Positions 36,231 to 43,025 of a DNA stretch of 43,025 nucleotides are shown here, in pieces (the first letter of the stretch is position 1; the number at the start of each line of letters is the position of its first letter). The stretch is from the IMG/VR virus record IMGVR_UViG_3300032257_000032, positions 1 to 43,025 of that record; one strand, 5' to 3'. The translations under genes were made by a program, and so were the position numbers. This DNA is from a virus (lineage: Duplodnaviria; Caudoviricetes). The notes under the pieces are model-generated. The model saw only the letters and a program-made list of their open reading frames with translations, was not told the DNA's origin and searched no databases.

Positions 36231-37094
36231 ATGACTAACCAAACTATAATATGCCCATTAAGCGGAACTACAATATCTGTAAAGGATAGCTTACTAAGCC
36301 GATATATACTAGAGCAAGAACATCCTCTATACAGACCTGAAGCACGTAGCAAGCTAGATAAGGCTATCAACCGGAATAAGAATGACGTATCACTACTAGC
36401 TGGTGCAATCATTAGTCTTATACAAGAAAAAGGACTATGCTCAAAAGTAGGCATAGCACCAGAATCCCTAGCACAAATCAATAGGAAGTTACAAAAGTAT
36501 CCTGCACCATTACTACAGTTCTACTATCAAGCTTTACCCCTTATTAACCAGTATGCGAGAGATTTGCCTAAGATATCCTTTGATGAATGCTTAAACGGTA
36601 CTAGTGCACTAACTAGCTGGATTAAGCTATGCCTAGCAGAAGGCAGGATAACTGTAGACATGGATAATAAGATAGCTGCAGCACTACCAGACGATACCTT
36701 TCTGGAGGTTATATCTACTATCAAGCAAATAGGTAATGACTTAGACTTCTGCGATAAGCATAGGAAAGTAACTAAAAAAGAGCGTAAAGCTGAACAGCTA
36801 GCTAAGAATAAGCTAGTACCTAAGATCGTAAGAACTATTAGAATAAATGCATCTACTAAGTTAATGCAAAACCTAGCAAATAAAGATACAATTAAGGCTC
36901 TATGCTTAGCATTAGATCACTATGATAAAGGCATATTGCTAGATCAAGAAGTGCAGGATAGATTAGCTAATAAGTTACACCAAATTCTAAAAGCTATATC
37001 TAACCAGATATCAGAGCAGGCATACATAGCTTTTGACCTAACTATAAAAGACTTAAGACTAAAAGCTCTATCAGAGCAGACAATAGGATTCTAA
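36231..37094 (+). CDS. Hypothetical early protein
   Basis: 287 aa; AAGGA RBS; ICPLSG...EHPLY N-terminus. Confidence 0.85.
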   Translation: MTNQTIICPLSGTTISVKDSLLSRYILEQEHPLYRPEARSKLDKAINRNKNDVSLLAGAIISLIQEKGLCSKVGIAPESLAQINRKLQKYPAPLLQFYYQALPLINQYARDLPKISFDECLNGTSALTSWIKLCLAEGRITVDMDNKIAAALPDDTFLEVISTIKQIGNDLDFCDKHRKVTKKERKAEQLAKNKLVPKIVRTIRINASTKLMQNLANKDTIKALCLALDHYDKGILLDQEVQDRLANKLHQILKAISNQISEQAYIAFDLTIKDLRLKALSEQTIGF

Positions 37095-37097
37095 ACA

Positions 37098-37460
37098 ATG
37101 ACTAATAGACCAGTGTACCTAGTAACCCTAGGCTTAACAGGCTTAGATGACAGAATTAAAGCCATTAAATGCCTACGTAATGAGATAGTAGGTTATAAAT
37201 ATATAGGATTACGCAAAGCTAAAGATATAATAACTGAGGGTATAGATGCTATAGTAGATGAACGAACAGAGCGCCTCTATCCAGACTGTAATGTACAGCC
37301 AGATAGTCTATATGAATATAAGCTCTTACTGAATGCAGAGCAGGCAGCAGATTTACAATACAGGATAGCTAATGGCCTGCACTCTATTCCTGTATACTTA
37401 CTATCTATAGAGTGTATAGAGTATCATGCAAATTGCACAAGTGAGGTATCTTATGACTGA
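37098..37460 (+). CDS. Protein with ribosomal L7/L12 C-terminal-like motif
   Basis: RIKAIKCLRNE......IGLRKAKDIITE resembles [24 protein letters not shown]. Confidence 0.65.
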   Translation: MTNRPVYLVTLGLTGLDDRIKAIKCLRNEIVGYKYIGLRKAKDIITEGIDAIVDERTERLYPDCNVQPDSLYEYKLLLNAEQAADLQYRIANGLHSIPVYLLSIECIEYHANCTSEVSYD

Positions 37461-39327
37461 TCCTATGCAAGCAATGCTAGCTAATATGGCTGCTAAGTCA
37501 GAGCCTAAGCCTATAGCCCCTAAGCCTATAGAACTTGTAGAGACTAAAAGCATTCAAGTAGATAAAGAGCCTATAGAACTTACTCCCATGCAAGCAATGA
37601 TGGAGAAGATCAAAGCGGCTAACTCTATACCTAAGCCTAAGCCTACTACTGGCTATACCTCAGACTTTAATCTACCGCTATATGATAAAGAAGGCAATCC
37701 TATAAGCTTAGATGCTGACCAGTCACACGCTGTAGACAAGGCAGAATCGGGACATTCCTTTTGTATGATAGGTAATGCTGGCACAGGTAAGACTACTACT
37801 AACCAAGCTATATCTCTTATATGGAGAGATACACACTCTCATATCTATAAGGATATAAAGTATAGAATCAAGGGAGCTGGAGAGTATGCGGAAGGTAAGT
37901 CTATCGCTATAGTAAGCTGGACTAACCAAGCTACAGATAATATGCGTAAAGCTCTATTAACCAATAAAGACTTACAAGAATTCTACGGAGATGCATATAA
38001 TATCACTACTATCCACAATCTACTAGAGTACTCTAAGGACTATGTAGAGACATGGGATGATGAGCTAGGACAAACAGTAACTAAAATGCGGTACTTCCCT
38101 ACTAAGGATGCTGATAATAAGCTAGACATAACGCACTTAGTACTAGAAGAAGGCTCTTTAGTAGCTGTAGGTAATGGCGGTCTATGGAATCAACTAGAGG
38201 CAGCCTTGCCAGACGAGTGTCAGATAATCATACTAGGGGATATAAGCCAGTTACCACCAGTCGGAGGTAAGTCGATCCTATCCTATGCCTTACTAGCTTT
38301 GCCTGTAGTAGAACTAAAGACTATCCATAGACAGGCTCTAGAGTCACCTATCATACGCCAAGCATATAATGTACTTAAAGGCAAACCTATAAGCACTGAC
38401 CTACTACCTAATGGTGAAGGTGTAGAAGTATTGCATGGTAATGCTAAGTTTAAAACAGGCATTGATCGCTTTAAAGAGGCACTAGCTAAAACCTTACCTT
38501 CCTTTATAGAATCTAAACGCTTTATACTAGGAGACTCAGTAATACTATCTCCTTATAATAAGCTAGGGCATGAGCATGTAGGGGCTATGCATCTATCTAA
38601 TATCATAGGAACATACTTAGCCCATAAAGCAGGTAGGAAAGTCTATGAGATTAAAGCTGGTATATCTACACTGTATCTATCAGAGGGTGATCACGTGCTA
38701 TATCAAAAACAGAAAGCTATAGTCACTAAGATAGAGCGGAACGATAACTATACTGGTAGTATGCCTAAACCAGCATCCACAACCTTAGACTATTGGGGTA
38801 AGGATACTAGCCCATTAGTAGAAGCCCATGATGAATTGTTTGCTCACCTAGATAGCATAGACTTAGCAGATATACGTGATATCGACTACTCTAACCTAGA
38901 TGTTACAGAGGATAAAAAGCTGACAGAGCGTGCAGCCTCACATAGAGTATATATACAGTATGGCTCAGAACTATCAGATAGCCCTGTACCAGATATACCA
39001 TTAGATAAGGCTGGCCAACTGGGAGCAGATAACTTCTATCTAGCTTATGCTTTAACTGTACATAAGGCTCAAGGGTCTGAATGGGATAATGTTATAGTAG
39101 TAGTACATGATTCTAATAGCTCTATGCTATTTAGAGAGATGCTATATACAGCTATGACTAGACCTAAGAAGCTACTAATAGTATTAGGGCAGGAACATAC
39201 AATCAATAAGATGATAAAGAATCCTAGGATTAAAGGCAATTCTTTACAGGATAAGGTAGCGTTCTTTAACGGTACTGGATACTTAGATCAGAAGGTAAAC
39301 ATACCAGAGGGGTATACAGACATATGA
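37453..39327 (+). CDS. RecD/Dda-like SF1B helicase
   Basis: GNAGTGKTT, TIHNLLE, LEEGSLV, GDISQLPPV, HRQALESPI, AYALTVHKAQGSEW, LYTAMTR. Confidence 0.93.
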   Translation: MTDPMQAMLANMAAKSEPKPIAPKPIELVETKSIQVDKEPIELTPMQAMMEKIKAANSIPKPKPTTGYTSDFNLPLYDKEGNPISLDADQSHAVDKAESGHSFCMIGNAGTGKTTTNQAISLIWRDTHSHIYKDIKYRIKGAGEYAEGKSIAIVSWTNQATDNMRKALLTNKDLQEFYGDAYNITTIHNLLEYSKDYVETWDDELGQTVTKMRYFPTKDADNKLDITHLVLEEGSLVAVGNGGLWNQLEAALPDECQIIILGDISQLPPVGGKSILSYALLALPVVELKTIHRQALESPIIRQAYNVLKGKPISTDLLPNGEGVEVLHGNAKFKTGIDRFKEALAKTLPSFIESKRFILGDSVILSPYNKLGHEHVGAMHLSNIIGTYLAHKAGRKVYEIKAGISTLYLSEGDHVLYQKQKAIVTKIERNDNYTGSMPKPASTTLDYWGKDTSPLVEAHDELFAHLDSIDLADIRDIDYSNLDVTEDKKLTERAASHRVYIQYGSELSDSPVPDIPLDKAGQLGADNFYLAYALTVHKAQGSEWDNVIVVVHDSNSSMLFREMLYTAMTRPKKLLIVLGQEHTINKMIKNPRIKGNSLQDKVAFFNGTGYLDQKVNIPEGYTDI

Positions 39328-39554
39328 AATCAGTAATCTTATCTATACTACTTATAGGTCTATGGGCATGGGTTAGCGCAACAGCATCCATTGATACTAA
39401 TAACAAATGTACTTACATGGGCTATCACTCAGGCAGTACTAGTATGCTTGGTACGTCTAACTGCTATATACTAGTAAGTAAGCAGCCTGAGATATTTCAG
39501 AGCATAAGATTGGATTTAGCTATAGTATCTTATGTAGCAAGGGGAAAGAAATGA
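39324..39554 (+). CDS. Small membrane-anchored protein
   Basis: N-terminal hydrophobic helix; C..MGY...CY. Confidence 0.75.
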   Translation: MKSVILSILLIGLWAWVSATASIDTNNKCTYMGYHSGSTSMLGTSNCYILVSKQPEIFQSIRLDLAIVSYVARGKK

Positions 39555-39643
39555 TTAACCATAAACTAAGGCTGATATGCTGGGTAGCTATGGCTATTCT
39601 ATGCGGCATCTTCTGGGCATACGTAATAGAGGCAATACTATGA
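39551..39643 (+). CDS. 30-aa single-pass membrane peptide
   Basis: Not in ORF track; MINHKLRLICWVAMAILCGIFWAYVIEAIL; ATGA overlaps at both ends. Confidence 0.7.
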   Translation: MINHKLRLICWVAMAILCGIFWAYVIEAIL

Positions 39644-39939
39644 GTGTCAAAGCAGTAAAGATACCTACAAAGGAAACCACTGAGGAGGAGCGTGAGCTTA
39701 TAGCTACTAAGCTAGATGCTGATATAATGGATTTATTAATAACGGCTGCAACTCAGGGGCTATATCCTATAGAGTCTATGCGCGTAGTATCTAATGTGCT
39801 TGGTGGAGCTGTAGCTACAGTGCTTATGAATGATGCAGAGTTAGATATGGAGGCCGTATTGGATGAGTCTATAGACTACTCTAGTAAGGCTCTATCCGAT
39901 TGTCTAACAGAAGGAGATAACCCTCATGGCCTCCACTAA
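39640..39939 (+). CDS. Hypothetical acidic protein
   Basis: Start moved to MSVKAV after GAGG. Confidence 0.75.
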   Translation: MSVKAVKIPTKETTEEERELIATKLDADIMDLLITAATQGLYPIESMRVVSNVLGGAVATVLMNDAELDMEAVLDESIDYSSKALSDCLTEGDNPHGLH

Positions 39940-40153
39940 GATAGAAGAACTCCATGCTCAAATATCTATACGTGATGCGGAGAACCTTATATTGTCAAAT
40001 AGGTTAGCAACATTAGAGGCTTATGTGTTCGAGCAAGAGACCTATATACTAGAGTTTTCTAATGCTACTAGTCCAGAGGATGACCAACAACTAATCAATC
40101 AACTACTAAGACGAATGGAGAAAAGAAATGCCCAAGAAGCAAACGCAAGATGA
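39926..40153 (+). CDS. Hypothetical coiled-coil protein
   Basis: AGGAG RBS. Confidence 0.75.
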   Translation: MASTKIEELHAQISIRDAENLILSNRLATLEAYVFEQETYILEFSNATSPEDDQQLINQLLRRMEKRNAQEANAR

Positions 40154-40400
40154 GCTAATAGCTGAAGTACATAAGACCATTGCAGAGGAGTCAGCTAAAG
40201 TGAGTGAACGGCTAGTAGCCACACTAGACTCTATGAATCCTAAACCCTCAGCAGCAGCAGTGCAAGTAGCAGCATCAGTATTAGCAGCCAAAGCTACAGA
40301 GATTCTACGGATTGACTCTAAGGGTGCTATGACTAATGAGATGGGGATAGACAGTGTAGCAAGTATCATGAAGGACTTCTTAGCTCGTGATACCAGCTAA
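40128..40400 (+). CDS. Hypothetical protein
   Basis: GGAG RBS. Confidence 0.75.
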   Translation: MPKKQTQDELIAEVHKTIAEESAKVSERLVATLDSMNPKPSAAAVQVAASVLAAKATEILRIDSKGAMTNEMGIDSVASIMKDFLARDTS

Positions 40401-40800
40401 CATAAGAATAAGAGTTGCTCTAGCATTACATAATGTATCCTTTGCTCAGGAGCTAGAGTGGCTCTTTCCTATACCAAGGCAGGAAGAACTAGTAAGAGCT
40501 AACTGTTTACCTTGGACATGGGATGAGATACTGTATGGTACACCTACCTATGAACCTATATTCTGCCTATGCTGTTACTCTAAGCTAGGCTATTGCATAG
40601 GAGGTAAGATTACATTCTCCTGCCATTGTTGTGCGGGAAGGACTGAACATACAGCTTGGGGTGCAGGTAAGGCTAGAACAATGCATAACTATTTAGAATA
40701 CAGTACGGGCTATTGCCCTGAATTAATAAGTCTCTTATTAGGAGAGGCTAGTACACACGTAAGGAGTCAGATAGATGGCAAACAAACAAACGATAGCTGA
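40387..40800 (+). CDS. Cys-rich putative zinc-binding protein
   Basis: FCLCC...SCHCC; tiles the operon. Confidence 0.6.
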   Translation: MIPANIRIRVALALHNVSFAQELEWLFPIPRQEELVRANCLPWTWDEILYGTPTYEPIFCLCCYSKLGYCIGGKITFSCHCCAGRTEHTAWGAGKARTMHNYLEYSTGYCPELISLLLGEASTHVRSQIDGKQTNDS

Positions 40801-41035
40801 TATATGGGGCGTACTATACGCAGACGATTATATTAAGCTAAGAATTCAAGCCAGTCAGGTAGCACAGGTTAAGAAGCTACTGACTCGGTACAAGCATAAA
40901 ATGACTACAGGGCTAGAGGATGATGGTAGGCTGTCTTATACTATTATTCCTTTGGATGAGTCTACTGAGGTAGACTTAGAAGTACGCCTAATATATCCAG
41001 GTGATCAAGAGCTAGATGTGGAGGTGATACTATGA
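40775..41035 (+). CDS. Hypothetical protein
   Basis: AAGGAG RBS. Confidence 0.8.
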   Translation: MANKQTIADIWGVLYADDYIKLRIQASQVAQVKKLLTRYKHKMTTGLEDDGRLSYTIIPLDESTEVDLEVRLIYPGDQELDVEVIL

Positions 41036-41352
41036 GTGAAGCATTAGATTTATTTGTAACTAAGCTGAAGGACTTTGAGCAGTTAGTAGAGCAAGAGCAT
41101 AACATATCTATAGAGGATATTAAGGCTGGCTTACAAGGACTTAGTAAAGAACTGAAAGCTACACCTGATCTAGTATTCTTACTAGAGCCTGAGCAGATAG
41201 GCATTATGTCTAGTGCCGCTATGCTAGCCACGGGTGTTAAGGCAGAGCTTGAAGCTACAACTAAGAAGAAAAAGAAGAAGGTTGCTACTAAGGTTACTAA
41301 GAAAGATAAACCTATAGCTATACTTAACCCTGATGATGAGGTATTATTCTAA
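41032..41352 (+). CDS. Hypothetical protein with Lys-rich tail
   Basis: GGAGGTGA RBS; LKATPDLVFLLEPEQIG; KKKKKK. Confidence 0.85.
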   Translation: MSEALDLFVTKLKDFEQLVEQEHNISIEDIKAGLQGLSKELKATPDLVFLLEPEQIGIMSSAAMLATGVKAELEATTKKKKKKVATKVTKKDKPIAILNPDDEVLF

Positions 41353-41507
41353 TGCAGCATAAGTGGGAGCATGTATCCGGCTTTGGTAAGTATAGAGAAT
41401 ATACCTGCCAGTACTGCGGAGAACACGCATCTGGTAGGAATGCTAATCAGTGTCCTAATAGACCTAATAGAACTAATAAGGAGAGCAAGTATGCGGCTAA
41501 GTTATAG
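41352..41507 (+). CDS. 51-aa zinc-finger-like protein
   Basis: Not in ORF track; TAATG overlap; HKW...CQYCG...CP. Confidence 0.65.
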   Translation: MQHKWEHVSGFGKYREYTCQYCGEHASGRNANQCPNRPNRTNKESKYAAKL

Positions 41508-42366
41508 TACAAACAATTTAGTAGACCTATGCCCTCGTAAGTACCAGATAATTAAGCTACAAGGGGAAGGATCTGATGCCTCTAATGAGAACAATGAGCA
41601 TCTAGATTATGGTAAGGCTCTAGGAGAAGGACTCCAATGCTTGATGTACACAAAGGATAGAGACTTAGCTATAGTCACTGCACTGGCAGCATATCACTGG
41701 AATGAGACTGACAATAAGTGTATGGAATCTATGGTCTTAGCTATCATGACCTATGAACTATCCGATGATTGGGAAGTAGCCATACTAGATAATGGTAAGC
41801 CAGCACTTGAGCTATCCTTTAAGATAGAACTAGGTGAGGGTGATTACTATTGTGGGTTTATGGATGCAGTAATGATTAATAGATACACTAATAAACCTGG
41901 GGTATTTGAGGTTAAGACTACAGGCTCTATGCTTAATGACCTTAGCCCTATGTATAAGAATAGTCCACAAGGTGTAGGATACTCTATAGTGTTGAGTGCT
42001 ATAGTACCTAGTGCAGATTTTTCAATACACTATCCTGTAGTACAGCTAAAGCGTACATGGAAACCTAAGATTAAAGTCTATGAATTCGAGAAGACACTTA
42101 AGGATAGACTGGAATGGCTAATAGATTTAAAGATCCAGTATGACCAGCTATGCACCTATAGAGATATGGACTACTATCCTAAGAAAGGTCAGTCATGCTT
42201 AGACTTTAATAGGCCATGCCACCTATTTGGTATCTGTGACCTATCAGCTTATACGGAATCCCCTGATTACGTAGAACAGAAAGAAGAGATTGAATGGGAC
42301 TATGTCTTTAACTTAGAAGAACTAATAGAACTAACACAACAGCAATTGCTAGGAGACACAACATGA
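41491..42366 (+). CDS. PD-(D/E)XK exonuclease (RecB/Cas4-like)
   Basis: Start MRLSYS after AAGGAG; CPRKY, ELSF, GFMDAV, EVKT, SPQGVGY, C..F..PC....IC. Confidence 0.9.
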   Translation: MRLSYSTNNLVDLCPRKYQIIKLQGEGSDASNENNEHLDYGKALGEGLQCLMYTKDRDLAIVTALAAYHWNETDNKCMESMVLAIMTYELSDDWEVAILDNGKPALELSFKIELGEGDYYCGFMDAVMINRYTNKPGVFEVKTTGSMLNDLSPMYKNSPQGVGYSIVLSAIVPSADFSIHYPVVQLKRTWKPKIKVYEFEKTLKDRLEWLIDLKIQYDQLCTYRDMDYYPKKGQSCLDFNRPCHLFGICDLSAYTESPDYVEQKEEIEWDYVFNLEELIELTQQQLLGDTT

Positions 42367-42632
42367 GAAGAATGGATAGGCACAGAGGAGTAAAGCTACT
42401 CAATGAGCTACTGAAGGAACTAATCATCTTAGACACTGAGGTCAACACACCCTTCGTACACATACACTATAAGAGGACAGGTATATGGTTGGTACATGCA
42501 CATTACAGAATTAGTATGACGCGTGACCACGGCTATATATCCTTAGACAAAGCTCTAGCACAGGTAACTAGACTAATTAGATCTTATGCCTTAAACTTAG
42601 AGCCTAAGTTTCCAAGACAGGTGAGGCTATGA
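42363..42632 (+). CDS. Hypothetical basic protein
   Basis: AGGAG RBS, ATGA overlap. Confidence 0.75.
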   Translation: MRRMDRHRGVKLLNELLKELIILDTEVNTPFVHIHYKRTGIWLVHAHYRISMTRDHGYISLDKALAQVTRLIRSYALNLEPKFPRQVRL

Positions 42633-42829
42633 GCACGCCTAGCCTATATGATCATTACCTATTTAAACTTAAAGATGCTAAGTGCCTAGACTGTTATGGC
42701 TCAGGGGTACAAGATGACTTAGAGCCTGGGGATATAGCTGGTAGGGAGTGGACTTGTCCTACTTGTGAAGGTACTGGTATTAGTTCACGTGTAAAACGTA
42801 TTAACATTGAGATAGAGGAAGTAGAATGA
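42629..42829 (+). CDS. DnaJ-type zinc-finger mini-protein
   Basis: CLDCYGSG...CPTCEGTG. Confidence 0.8.
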   Translation: MSTPSLYDHYLFKLKDAKCLDCYGSGVQDDLEPGDIAGREWTCPTCEGTGISSRVKRINIEIEEVE

Positions 42830-43025
42830 AAGACTTATTAGAAGCACGCAAGGCTTTACTTGCTAAGGAACTACAGTATTCTAAGACTATTCTTTATGGA
42901 GATGCTAAGGCAGGTAAGACGGCACTTGCAGGTACGGCAGCAAGGCTAGACCAAATAGATAACATCTACTGGTTTGACTTAGAGAATGGTGTAGAAACTC
43001 TGCTTAATAAGCAATCTAACTTAAC
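42826..43025 (+). CDS. AAA ATPase, 5' part (continues at position 1)
   Basis: GAGGA RBS; MKDLLEARK...ILYGDAKAGKT. Confidence 0.85.
   Translation, partial: MKDLLEARKALLAKELQYSKTILYGDAKAGKTALAGTAARLDQIDNIYWFDLENGVETLLNKQSNL

Noticed and set aside
4275-41231. Numerous antisense ORFs in the track (e.g. 4275..4514, 9330..9677, 22493..22804, 31684..32124)
   Set aside because: Shadows of well-supported genes on the opposite strand, with no motifs
33586-42829. Lysogeny module, tRNA genes, DNA methyltransferase or base-modification genes
   Set aside because: No recognisable motifs here or elsewhere by eye; tRNAscan and HMM searches are needed to exclude them
42899-43025. 127-bp direct terminal repeat as a biological DTR
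   Set aside because: Falls mid-gene and equals a standard assembler k-mer; it indicates circular assembly only
1-43025. TAG stop-codon reassignment suggested by TAG abundance
   Set aside because: Genes tile densely under the standard code and several end in TAG (1477, 7591, 32675)

Overview
Complete, circularly permuted genome (42,898 bp; the 127-bp end overlap is an assembly artefact) of a tailed phage, probably lytic and podovirus-like. No integrase, repressor, RNA polymerase, primase, tape measure or tRNA was recognised. The + arm (about 34.5 kb through the origin to 7.6 kb) carries early and replication genes: RecD-like helicase, PD-(D/E)XK nuclease, AAA ATPase, SSB-like protein, dNMP kinase, family A DNA polymerase, DEDDh exonuclease and a DUF3987-type helicase. 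The - arm (33.3 kb down to 7.66 kb) carries terminases, portal, scaffold, capsid, adaptor, a fibre cassette, lysis genes, nozzle and ejection proteins. The arms diverge from a 2.6-kb control region and converge at a terminator at 7.6 kb. Sigma70, IHF and CsrA-type sites suggest a gammaproteobacterial host. Most notable: (1) a GC-rich multi-branched non-coding structure between portal and scaffold, next to an exact copy of the 14 terminal nt of 16S rRNA with no start codon; (2) a structural domain apparently split across a 4.1-kb fibre cassette; (3) an acyl-carrier-protein-like gene with Asp at the phosphopantetheine Ser; (4) paired CsrA-type hairpins; (5) genome-wide TA/CTAG enrichment. All family calls are from motif recognition, with no database search.
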